Positions 38,116 to 50,766 of a stretch of DNA of 64,000 nt are shown one piece after another. The first letter of the stretch is position 1. Every line of letters begins with the position of its first letter. A program made the translations under genes and the position numbers. Location: assembly GCA_965287045.1 (NCBI GenBank), contig OZ336870.1, forward strand, positions 123,814,001 through 123,878,000, written 5' to 3'. This DNA comes from Carcharhinus amblyrhynchos. Its lineage: Eukaryota. The notes beneath the pieces were generated by a model. It worked only from the letters and a program-made list of their open reading frames with translations. It had not been told where the DNA came from and did no database searches.

Positions 38116-41030
38116 AAATAACATGCTATCTTAGTTCTTTTCTGCATTGCATTCTCGCTATTCCTTAATTTATTCCGCTCTTCTAGGGCGAGATTATCCA
38201 ACAATTCAGATAGTGCTCTCATATTTATTTAGTCAGCATGTACGCTAAACCGTCAACATTGATAAATACGTTACAGATGTTAGCTATGGTTTGGTTAAAA
38301 TATGTTTACATTCTTTTCGGTTTGTTTTAAATCTCAGACCGTCTACTTCAGGCCCGTTTTACCATAACAGCTGGGATGCTTGAATATGAAACGGATTTTT
38401 CCTTTTATGTATATATAGCACAAATGTCTACATTTAATGGAAATTCAGACTGAAGTTGAGCTCAAATATAAGTTTTGAAAAATACTCTAGCAACCTTCGA
38501 ATGACTGGGTAGTAAAGTTACTTAAATTAAAATTTGTTTATTTACTTCCGTGCCTCAGCTGACCGGCTCTATCTAATTCCATTTTTCGTTGATGCTATAC
38601 TAGTGTTGTGGAAATTAAGTGGAGATCCATACAGTGATGAAAAGTCAGGAATTTTCCATTAACCCGTTGCAAGTTTAACAACATGTCTGAGCACTCTCTG
38701 TGAATCAGTAATTTTAAAAGACCTTCATTTATATCAGCGAACAATTATACAGGACATTTAACTTATTGTGGATTTCAAACCCTGAAAGCTAAATTTCAAC
38801 ACAACCCTCGGTAATTATCAATAAAAGTTCCTAATTTATGACATATTTCACTCAGTTAACGTTTCCCCCGCCTCAGCCTATTGAGGTTTCACGCTGACTC
38901 TATAGTTCTTGACACCTGGGTGTCTCTGATCTTAGACAATGGAGCGGGATATCTAGTTGGTGCATTCGTTATTGGGTGGGTGTAAGGGGGGGGGGGGGGG
39001 CAGGTACAAATTGGAAGCTCATTTTGGAGGTTTTTATACATTTTATGTTTCGATTTTTGGAGATGAGATCTGGAAGGTTTTTTTATGTAACTGTGACTTA
39101 AAATAAGCTTCAGACCAACAGTAACTGTTTTTAGTTTAACGATAATGGTTAATAAATCTAACATCATAGAGTAGTAAATATTTAACTTCAGTTATGCAGT
39201 AAACGTGTTACTCCAATTTGACGCATCTCTACATTGACCTTTTCCTTCCTCAGTATTTGCATAATGTTCTATTGCACCGTTCCATTCACTATTTTTACTG
39301 ACTGCACCATTCTGCTAGTTTGCCTCCTAGTTTTTAGCCCATGAAGCAGGGCTCATAATTTATTCGTAAAACGTAAATGTTCTCCTTAGAACCTGGCCGG
39401 TCTTTGTTTCCAATGTTTTCTCTCTTTATTCCCAGTGTTGACGATGTTTCACTCAGTTCAGTTCTATACCAATATTGTCGCCAAATTGCGAGGTTAACGA
39501 CTTCACGGAGGTAAGTTCTAGGATCTGATGGTAGAGTGTGTGTTAACCAGTCTGTCGCTCCGTTGTTGTGCTTGACGTGACTGTTGGACTGAATTCTATT
39601 CTATCAGAAATCCGTGAATTTTTCCGTTCACCCCTCTACCTTCAAAACTACAAGTCAGCAATCTGCGGCCTAGAATAGTATAATGGCACACGGTACATTA
39701 GGGTTGGAAATTACATGCAGCTCACATTCAAACTCGGAAGTCTCCATCTGAGACAACCATCTCGGTATAAAGTATAGGTTCAATAATATGCTTTATAATA
39801 GACTGGCACGGGAATTAATTAATATAAAAGTCAAATGAGGCAAATATTGATTAGGTACGTTCTTACAGATATGCACCATTTATTTTACTCAAAGGTGTTT
39901 AATGACTTGAACTTTTTCTAGTGTTAATGTGTTGTCGATGTGAAACCTGTTGATGGTTTAATAAGCATTAAAACTTTTCGTTATACCTAATCTCCAATTT
40001 ATTGGAATCCCACAAACAGCTACTGGAGCTATGGGCTTTTTGAGAGACTTTCTAGTGTAGTTTAGACAGAATACCTCAGGTCAGCAATAATCACCCTTTG
40101 CTCCTGTTTCTGGGATGATTGAATTGCTACAAATGTTAATTTAGACCACAAACCTTATCACTTCGCCTTTTTGCATTTTTTTTACAATCTTACACTTGAA
40201 TAAATTCATGGTCGGCAATTCTGTTTTGAATCGCAGATAATGCCGGTGTCGGATTTTTTTAAGGTTACAGAAACCAAAGGCAATGTAATTCTGACCACAG
40301 CTAGCGGTAGATTGGTGTCTTTTAGGCATATTAGGCATAACGGTCCATTCATGAGCAGTTTATAGATGAGCTGTGATCGACGTTTGCCCAAACACGTGGC
40401 AAACGCTGTGACGGTCAGCCTTGGCACCATGCAAATTAAACTGTCAATCCCGTGAATTTATTCCCGGCGTCTCAGAGCAGATAAATTCTGGCATTACAAC
40501 GTTTGGAGAAGAAAACTTCGATTGTTACAACTTTTGTCAAGAGCTTTTAGAAAGTGGGAGGCCTTATCACGGAGTTTAGCGTGATTCGTTGAACAAGGTG
40601 CGGGGTTGGGGGGGGGGGGCGCGGGGACTGACAAAACGGAAACTAAGGGAAACAAACTGGACTTGATTAAGTATAACTTTTAATGTGTCATCGGTCCTAT
40701 TTTGTTAACAGTATTTAAATTCTGGATCTCCACCAAGCATTCGGTATAAAAAGCCTTAACTTACAATTTTTAATTTCCACAATAAAACCCGGAGCACTAG
40801 AATTATGTCTAGCTCTGAGACTATTTTGGTTTTGGTGAAGGTATGTTCCAATGTATAATAGTGTGTATGTCGCCTTATTCAGAACGAACAGCGCCACCCG
40901 AATGGGGCAACGTTAGTGCAAAGCACAGTAACGGCGTTACTGGGCTAAATATTATGAATGTTGCATAGTTGAAACTCAGCATTGATTTGTAAGACACAAC
41001 TTGTAAAGCTGCAAAGTAATCGTTTTCCTC

Positions 41031-41036
41031 TTTATT
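41031..41036 (-). terminator. Candidate HMX1 polyadenylation signal (AATAAA)
   Basis: TTTATT on the plus strand ~820 nt past the stop, followed on the minus strand by GU-rich gttgtgtctt. A second AATAAA sits at 41320-41325. Confidence 0.4.
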
Positions 41037-41858
41037 GCATCGCGTGAGGATAAATGTTCATTGTATATTGTGGGTGAGGCCATAACTCAGTCGAAAATAG
41101 GCGATCTTTATAAGCAAAGGGCTAAATAAAAATAAAAGTACAATGCATGAATAAAATGTAAAGGAAGCACCAAAGCGTACCAGCATTCGCTATTCCCGAC
41201 AGCTCTGTAACAAACCACACCAGAAATTGATCGATATAAAATCAAACGGTATGCGATGGTAGATGATGCGTTGATTCAAACACACAGGTTGCCTGATTTC
41301 TTTGGGGATTGAACCAGGGTTTATTGCAATCTTGTTTCCTCTGGTAATATAAATGTGCTACAATGAGTTAAAAAAATCAACTCAAGGAGATGTCCAGGTA
41401 ACTAATGTTCATAACATATACTAAAATCCCAATCGAGCATTTTGAACTTGCTCTGCCAGTCCTCACATGCTCATTCTACCAAGAACTAGGAGTAAAAAAA
41501 AACTAATGCATTAACACAGCAATATATTAAGTAAGCAAAGGTGACTTTATAGAAATTACCGATAAAGTTTTTTTTTGATGTTGTAGTCCTTGGACGCGGT
41601 GGAATATAATGTCACCGGAACAGTGAATACCCTCTCCTTGTGTAAATCATCTCTTTGGGTGTAAAAACGCGCGAATTTCTTGTTCGGTTCTGCAGCCACA
41701 GACCCTCCCCATAAAATTGTCAAGTATTGCACATTCGCACCAACTGAAAAAAGTGTCAGAGACAAAACAAAAGTGTTGAAGTTGACCCCCCCCAAAAAAA
41801 TGTCTTTTGTTTCGATTGTGTTCGATGCCGCAAGACAGTCCCACCTTCAATGTGCCGC

Positions 41859-42494
<636 letters not shown>

Positions 42495-42884
42495 TTACAG
42501 GTCAGCCCCTGGGTTCCTTCACAGGTCGAGACGAATGGATGAAAACAAAAGGCAAGTGAAGAGTAAAGCCTGTCAGTGTTGTCACTGCTCAATATTGTGT
42601 GTGATAATCTCTCCAGCATAGGCTGTACCTATGATCACCAAGGTTACTTCGGTTTTGTCATGACTGTGCTTATTATTATTATCATTCGGGCCAATCCAGC
42701 AAAAGCACCTTCATCACAATCATTATTTCTTGATCGCAGTCTATAAAATGAAGGAGCCGACAGGTCGGTTCCAATCTAACATGCAGCGAGACTTAGTTTT
42801 AAATGGGAAATTGAAAAAGGATTTGCAACTTGGAAACAATGAAGGCAATTGCGGCCTCTGGTCCTGAATGAGGAGACGGGGGAA

Positions 42885-43225
42885 GGGGGGTGGTAAAGAC
42901 ACGAGGATAGGATAAAGGCATGGGGATAGGGGTAAAGACATGGGGATAGGATAAAGGCATGGGGATAGGGGTAAAGCCATGGGGATAGGAGTAAAGACAT
43001 GGGGATAGGGGTACAGACATGGGGATGGGGTAGAGATATGAGGGTGGGCAAAGAAATGGGGGTGGGGGTTAAGACAAGGGGATGAGGTAAAGACAGGGTT
43101 GGGGTAACGACACGGGGTAGTGGGTAAAGACATGGGGGGTGGGGTAAAGTCACAGGAGTAGGATAAAGACATGGGATTGGTGTAAAGACATGGATGATGG
43201 GGTAAAGGCACGGGGGGGATGGGAG
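42885..43225. repeat. G-rich ~20-bp minisatellite in the HMX1 intron
   Basis: Unit ~ggggataggggtaaagacat; explains the Pro-rich pseudo-ORFs at 42741-43391. Confidence 0.85.
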
Positions 43226-43700
43226 TTGCGACGGTAAGGCACTGCAACACAAAATACAAAGGAAATGTATCGACACAGAAGGTTTCTGGCCCGGGGGTTG
43301 GGGGGGGGGGGTGGAATGTGGTCCCCACTCCCTCTTTCATCATTTCACTCGGTTCAATACGATCATGAGAGAAGACAGTGGGATCAGGCACTTGGTATCA
43401 TCACCACCCTATCCTCTATTAGCTCTGTTAGACTGACTGGAATCTGAATGTAAAGCTTACCAGCCCCGGGATGTTGAAAGATGAAGCGGCCCAGTGTTTA
43501 CAGCACTGATATGTGGATAAACAAACGAAAATTTCATCGCACAAACTCGAATCCATTCATGTCTGCTCCCAGCTTGGCAACCCTGAAGCAGAGGGAGCGG
43601 GTGGTGGCGTGGGGTGGGGGGGGTGGTGGTTAGAGAAGGGGAGGGGAGGCTGTGTAATTGCTTGTTGTTAATGGTCGCAACAATAAGAGAGTGAACTTAC

Positions 43701-44004
43701 TGTCTGGACTGGGGCAGCCGGCACATCTGGGCTGCGCTCCCGTGTACCACTGCAACATACTTTCCCTGAGTGGAGAGCTGTGTGCACTGAAGGCCAGGCT
43801 GGAGATGTGACAGCACAGCTGGCTGCAGTGGTTCCCCGCAGTCCCGCGATGGAAAAGGCTGGATCTGGGAGCCAGCCGCTCCCCATTCTCCTCCTTCCCT
43901 CCCGCCGCCTTGCCGCTGCTGCTATTTCGGAGCAGGTTCTCTATGAAGAAGGAAGACACCTGGGCGGGTGGCGTGCCCTGAGCCCCGGTCACTTTATCCG
44001 GCAT
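43701..44004 (-). CDS. HMX1: HMX1 (H6/NKX5-3) homeobox protein, coding exon 1
   Basis: ATG at 44004 gives MPDKVTGAQGTPPAQVSSFFIENLL, which resembles the vertebrate HMX1 N-terminus with eh1 motif FFIENLL. The exon is 304 nt and ends GAC A|GTAAGT, a consensus donor in phase 1. Confidence 0.92.
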
Positions 44005-44229
44005 GGTCTGCTCTTCTGTCTGAATGGAGGAGATGTGTTCAAAGCCCAGGCAGCGGGCGGCCTTTTTTCCCGTCTCTCTCTCTCTCTCGCCGTTAAACAG
44101 CAAAGGCGGAGTTCTCCTCTGGCGAGAGACCGGTTCCCCGAGCGGTCATAGCAAACGGCAGCTAAACGCAGGAAGGCAGCAAGCGACTCTCCCTCTCCGA
44201 AAAACATAAGCACCAACACATCGTCCACT

Positions 44230-44720
44230 CGGCGCCAGTCAGTGAGGAGAAGTGAAGTGGGGGGGGGGGGGGTAGTTGGTAGGAGGGGGAATTATTGTAA
44301 ATGATGAAATTAAAATGTCAGGCGAGTTAAATGCTGAACATACAAAGAGTATAACCACGGATTGGCCGGGCACAATGGCAAATGGGATTACTCAAGAAAA
44401 TAGAGAGAATTGCTTGCAATGAGTTCACTGCTGTGTGTTCACACACTGTGCCTGCGGCTACAGGGGCTTGTCTGTCAGTGCCTTTATTTAGGTCAATTAG
44501 CGAACAAATCACAAATCAGAATCCAGATCTAGGTCTCGCATTCCACACACTCAGAGAAGAAGTGAGGGGGCAGAGGCGGGGGTGGTTTAAATGTGTGTGT
44601 GTGTGTGTGTGTGTGCGCGCAGGGGGGGTGGGGGCGCTCTGCAAACCCCGATAAGCCATTCCCTATTGGCTAACACTCGGAATTCACTTCCTGTCAGTGT
44701 CCCCCCAAAAAATGGTCCTG
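44230..44720 (-). promoter_or_regulatory. Proximal promoter region of HMX1
   Basis: Unique sequence upstream of the ATG, with CCAAT boxes (ATTGG 44361-44365, 44665-44669), G tracts, an ETS-like CACTTCCT (~44686) and a (TG)n tract at ~44592-44615. Confidence 0.55.
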
Positions 44721-45606
44721 ATGTCCCATTGTAGTTAGTGGCAGGACGCCGAATGCTGTCTGAGATGCATTTTGCCGGGCTTTGGCTACTTTGTCCTGCT
44801 CCCATTGCAAACTTTGTCATTCTGTGCTCAGACGGAAAGTAAGATGCTCTGTTCGCCTCTTGACTTATTTTTACCTTGTCGGTAAATTGAACGCTGTTGT
44901 TTGTGGACCAATACTGGGCAGAATTTCCAAAATGATCGCTCATTTGCAGCCTCCGTTAACAATCGGTGTTTTTTTATGTGTAGAATTGGTCTGTGTTATC
45001 TACTGGAAATCTCCATTATCCCAGTAAAATTAAATGTGATTTAGCACTTCTGTCCGGCGGCGCAAATAACAAAAAAAACCTTTGCTTTCTCTCGGAGTCG
45101 CTGTGTCGTAAAAAAAGTGTTGAATGAAGCGTATCCACATTGTGTGTTCAACGGTGCCATCCAATTTAAAACATGGGCAGAATTTATTGAGGGATAATTG
45201 CCCATCCTTGCATACAGTGAATTGAACTTGACTGTACATTTACTGTGAAAGCGCCTCTTACAGTGCATTTTATCCAGTAATCGGTTTTAAACTCCCTCTC
45301 ATTGTTGTTGCCTTGTAGTTTTAAGCCTGATCATGCTCGGTTCAAAGGACGACCAGTTACTGCAAATGTCAGCTTAACTCGGCGTCTTTGTGCTTTTTTA
45401 ATATTATTCATCCAGGTTCATTACAATTCAGTATGTTGAACTGATTTTCAGAACCAGACATGAACTCTTCATATAGGTGAGTGACTTCTTTTAAAACATT
45501 GAACCATAACAAAAGAGTACAGATGGTATTAAATAATACTTCTTTTCCATGATGCCGCTTATGCATTACTTATTAAGGGAAGCAAAACGATTTCAAAGGG
45601 AAATAT

Positions 45607-45852
45607 CAGGGTTCAATTCCGCCCTCGGGTCACGATCTGTGTGGAGTTTACACATTGTCTCTCCGGTTTCCTCCGGGTGCTCCGGTTTCCTCCCACAGTC
45701 CAAAGGTTGACTGGCCATGTTAAATTGACGCTTAGTGACAGGGGGACTAGCAGAGTAAAGATGTGCGGTTACAGGGATAGTGAACGGGTGGGATTGTTGT
45801 AGGTGCAGACTCGACGGGCTGAATGGCCTCCTTCTGCACTTAAGGGATTCTA
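45607..45852 (+). mobile_element. HE1-like SINE (5'-truncated, internally deleted)
   Basis: gggttcaattcc…tgtggagtttacacatt…gggctgaatggcctccttctgcact. Confidence 0.8.
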
Positions 45853-47874
45853 TAAAATTAACGTGGGGATGGGATTGCAACAAAGCATCACATTGATTGG
45901 GATGCTTGTTTTTCAATGTTTGCGACTGTTGTACGTTTGGTGTGATAATACCACAGTTGTATAATTCCTATCGTGTGAAGTTCTTGTATATAACCCCCAG
46001 GTTGGTATGTAGAACACGACGATGATTCGTGCGAATGGTCACTTGACTGTATCAAGGAACACAGTATAGTTACAAACCAATCCATATCTCTGAGCAGGAG
46101 TTACATAGAATATCGGTTGGAATTGTGAAGAGTTTGCATGCTGCAAGTTCGAGTGTGGTGTTCTTTGCCTTATTGCTGCATCATCTCCGCTGAAACTTAA
46201 TCCATTTTTTCATGTTTTAATTGCATGTGGTCACAGTGCAACCACTCTACCTTTTATAGCCCAGGGAATTCATTCGACAAACTAAACTGCCTGTAACCAG
46301 TTGGAGCCAGCAAAATAGGCCGAGTGTGAATACATTATTCGCCTTAAAATCGCTGGCTTTGATAAACACAAATTCATATCGAAAATTAAAAGGATTTAAA
46401 GGTCGCATTTCATCTGTTATAAAACGTTGCATAGGAGGTGATAAGAGTCACGGACGCAGGTTTCAGTTAGGGTTTGTAGGTCTTCTCGGGAAATGTCGAG
46501 GAGAGGAAATCTTTCCTAACTTATTGAGAGTTTGAATTGGACGGTCACAGACCCTACATGCAAGATTTCTTTGTTTGGCGTTATTGGTAATTATGGATGC
46601 GAGTCGAATATAAGATTAGATATTTTATAGTTCGGACGAGTAACAGCCAATGACATCAGGGCCAAGTTTTCATGTTTCTCCCAAAACAAATCTACTTGGC
46701 ATTATCATGCAATTTTCTGCCAGATTGTCCAGAGAGGAAGGATCCGACTGCTCAAAAGATAGTATCAGTGTAGCATGAACCTTAAGTGCAATTCACCATT
46801 TAAAAGCGGAATTGTTGCGATCAATATACGGATGGTACTTATAGACAGTCATTCTCCAATTGCTCGCTGTCCTGGATCATATATGTGGCTTTCTGAAATG
46901 CTCAAATGAGGAGAGTTATATTTCGGAAACAGTACAGTCATATTACAGTGTTAAAGGAACAACAGTGTGCAAAGTGATAGAATATGTTCTATTTGAACAT
47001 CCGCAATTAAAGAACACGCCTGGTGCTGCATATTTCTGTCTAATTGCATTCTTATCCGTTGGATCCTTTCAGCTGAGTCAACAGTTGTCTTGTAAATGAC
47101 AGGGCACAGACAACAACTGGCTAACTTAATAAGAGACCAATCATGCAAGCTCTCTCTTGCCAAAACCAGTGGCAGAGGCAATTTTATACTTCAATTGATT
47201 TGCTGTTTTTACTGATGAGGCTTAAGTATTATTTCGTAACCTTGATGAAAAGCAAACATATATCTCTGGTACTGGTGTACACAAATATCAAACATTCTTG
47301 AATGTTGCCCGTCCTTTCCTGTTATTAATAATGCGTTATATTCACAGATTTCGGTTGGGAGTAAAAAATCCAGGGTTATATTTTCCGACCGGGCGCTTTT
47401 TTACGCTGGTTCCTGTTTTTTATTAATCTATAAACATGAATCATTCCGTTAGGAATGTTGGGACATTTTCTATCTGAAATGTGCACTTGCCAACATCTGA
47501 AGGATCTGTCGGAGACATTTATTGTTAAAATAGTAACCGGCTGTGTGTGTGTGTTTTTAGGCTGGCTGAATGATGTTTCTTCGAAGTGTTCAGGATCTGA
47601 ATGAAGTGATTCGGATCCTATATCCATCCCTGGTTGGATAATCATTTGGATCTTTCAGGTAAACATGCGCTGTTTATATTTCCGGTACCTTTTTTAAAAT
47701 GAACAATAATTGCAATAATAGGATGTTTGAACGATACACACGGAACATATGACAAAACTCTTCTGTTACACTCTCAGCATAACATGAATATGACTAAACC
47801 CAACAAGTTCACTCGATCGCACGTTGTGATAATTTCACCGAGGCCTGCAATCCTGTGATGAAACATACGTTTAA

Positions 47875-48035
47875 GATGAAATTAGATATAGCTCTTGGGG
47901 CTAAAGGGATCACGGCATATGGGGGGAAATGGGATCAGGATATTGGATTCGATGATCAGCCATGATCAAAATGAATGGTGAAGCAGGCACGAAGGGCTGA
48001 GTGGCCTACTCCTGCTTCTAGTTTCTGTGTTTCTA
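47875..48035 (+). mobile_element. CR1 3' UTR tail fragment
   Basis: attagatatagctcttggggctaaagggatc…gatcagccatgatc…gggctgagtggcctactcctgcttct. Confidence 0.75.
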
Positions 48036-48856
48036 ATACCTCATTCCAAATTGAGAGAACGAGTTCGGAGAACATGCGGTCGTGGCGTCGCTCTAAGATA
48101 ATTGTTCGCTTTATGTGATTTTATTTTGTTCTGAACAGATCTGTATTTTTTTGACAATGCATTTCCATACCTTGATGAGCTGAAGGATGACCATGCCAGG
48201 AATGAAAGTCCTTTTTTTTGTTACAGGAATTATTCAAATTCATATTTGTGACACATTCCTGCTGAGCTTTGCATTTGGGATTTTTATTCATGGGAGAGAG
48301 CTTTTTCCTGATGCAATTTTGAGGGAAAGCCCGCGCGGTTCCACTTACACATGCACCTCCGTTAATTATTTAATTAAAGGTACATGGCAGTAAATTTAAA
48401 CCAGTGATGGAGAATTCTACGAACTACTTGCATGTTTTTTTTTAGATAACTTGCAATTTGATTATTATGTGCTTGTTCTGTTTAGTCTAAATTGGTTGTG
48501 ATATTCCGATGGCCGGAGTCAAAGTTGCCCTGATAGCAAAGGTTTTTTTTAATTAAAATAATTTTGACCCTCCAACTACACGCCACACCCGAACCCGCAG
48601 TAAATAATTCTTTAACATAATACTACTTTTTTTTCCCCTGTGTTGCCAAAACTTAATTTCCGTTCTCCGCTGTTCCTTAAATTGACATATTTATTCCCGT
48701 TTTACCTGGTTCGGTTGCGACCACCGGGTGCCCCGAAAGAGTTCTAGAATGCTTCTGTAAATCTGACCTACTTTGCGACAGATTTTAGAAAGATGCAATC
48801 CAATTATTAGCTCAATTTGTAGTCATAGTCCGTCCTCCGTCCAATTATATTCCTTC

Positions 48857-50112
48857 GGTTAAAATTTCTAAATGCTGGATTACTCTACTTGCCCCGGGAG
48901 TAATTCCAACGCCGCATCTTATAGCTGAAATTGACTTACACTCAAATACACGTTCAGAAACGTTCTCTTGTCACAAAAGATGTCTTCCCCTGACAACCAC
49001 CACGGACAACTATCCCTAACGCCACCCATTCGTTCCTCCACCAGGTACTTGCTTGGCAACTTGACAGTTTGTAATAGCGCAAGAGCATCATGCGTAGCGA
49101 AGGACCGGGGCACGTTTATCACGTTTAATTCCTTATACCAAACAATACACTACAACGACTGCTGAAAGGCAAGGGAAGAGTAGACGGAAAATATTATTTC
49201 TAAAGGAAATAAAGTTTCCTTTAGCCTGCATTTAGTCCCAATTCGTTTTAATTATATTACTGGGCCTACGGGTCTTTATACCTTTACATAAATCTTCTCA
49301 ACGTGTCCAATTGACTTCCGCATGCATGAAGACGGGCAATATTGTACAGGGCAATATTATTTGCAATGTCAACAGCAAGATATTGGGCAGAATGTAGGTA
49401 GTTGGTCGAAATCTACTGTAAAACTTCAATGTTAAATACTTTTTTCACACCAGATTCGATTCAATTTCATCTTTCAAAACATTTAATTTAGTAGAATCCA
49501 GGGATACTGTCGCCATTCTTTTTTTTATCGCTTTGGTGCCCATGTTCAAAAACCGAACTTTCGTGTCTGTTCATAGCTTCCGCTGCTTTACACTATTTCC
49601 CATCATTGCTTGCTGTTTTATGAACTATGTCAATTATTCAGCATTTCCTTCCCAATCCCCCTACAGCTTCTACTATTTTGCAACCACAATGTAATGATCC
49701 GTTTAAAGGTGTGATAGAATTAAGCTTTACGTATTCGTTTATTCCGCGTGCGCCTGTCCAAATGACTTATTCTCCCCAATGACTGGTTAAAATTTCTAAA
49801 TGCTGGATTACTCTATTTGCCCCGGGAGTAATTCTAACGCCGCACCTTATAGCCGGAGTTGATTTGCACTCAAATATATGTTCAGAGATGTTCTCTTGTC
49901 AAAAAAAAAGCCCTCCCCTGACAACAACCACGGACAACTATCCCCAACGCTACCCATTACAGGGGGGTTCCATTCTTCTACCAAGTACTTGCTTGGCAAC
50001 TTGACAATTCGTAATAGCACAAGAGCATCATACATAGCAAAGCACCAGGGTACAGTTATCACGTTTAATTCCTTATACCAAACAGTACACTACAACGACT
50101 GCTGAAAGGCAA
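48857..50112 (+). repeat. Direct duplication of a ~320-bp segment (48857-49172 and 49785-50112)
   Basis: Both copies run ggttaaaatttctaaatgctggattactcta…cactacaacgactgctgaaaggcaa, with scattered substitutions and indels. Confidence 0.95.
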
Positions 50113-50766
50113 ATTCGATTTTTGACAAAGTGTTTTAAGCATTTGGTTTGCACCTGAATTGTCACCTGGTGGCTCTTGTGTATATTTTGCCCTGACAGGA
50201 AATATTTCTACCAATTCCGCCGCGTCAGTTCCCTTACAATCATCAGGTTGATTCTACCATTCATCGTGCATCTATTCCTGCTCCGACTGTCACTTTCAAT
50301 AAGTTCAGCTGCTCACAAACGGATGACATTTCAATTTCCGTCCAGTTAAAACATGTCTCTTTCTGCATGAAGTATTCACTTTCATACACCTGGACTGCTT
50401 ATAAAGGTGGCAGCGAAGAATCGCATCGGCTGATTCCTGTAGGGCCACCAGTGGCAAACACCCCTCCCCCCACCACCCACTCGCCTTTGAATTCTACTGG
50501 AATCTAATCTGGTGTGATAAAAGCATTTAACATCGAAGTTTGACAGAGGATTTCGACAAAGTGTCTACATTCTGCCCAATATCTTACAAATATTATTGTC
50601 CTGTACAATATAGCCCATTCATGCGTGTGAAACTCAATTGAACACATTGAGAGAGCTTATGTAGCATCATAAAGGCATATAGGCCCGGAGTTCCAGTAAT
50701 ATAATCAAAATGAACTGGGCAGGCTAAAGGAAACTGTTCCTTAAAAAGAATATTTTCCGTCTACTT
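49179..50766. repeat. Inverted duplication of a ~280-bp segment (49179-49462 vs 50499-50766)
   Basis: agtagacggaaaatatt…aagatattgggcagaatgtag…tcacaccagatt matches the reverse complement of aatctggtgtga…ctacattctgcccaatatctt…aatattttccgtctact. Confidence 0.9.

Noticed and set aside
42741-43391. 216-aa and 166-aa Pro-rich ORFs in the HMX1 intron
   Set aside because: They are translations of the G-rich minisatellite.
44005-44103. N-terminal extension of HMX1 (MLFNGERERE…)
   Set aside because: TTG start that runs through a GA microsatellite; the MPD start matches known HMX1 proteins.
48919-50105. Paired similar 65-75 aa ORFs suggesting a small duplicated gene family
   Set aside because: A by-product of the DNA duplication; starts are mostly non-ATG or unmatched between copies, and there is no splice or domain support.
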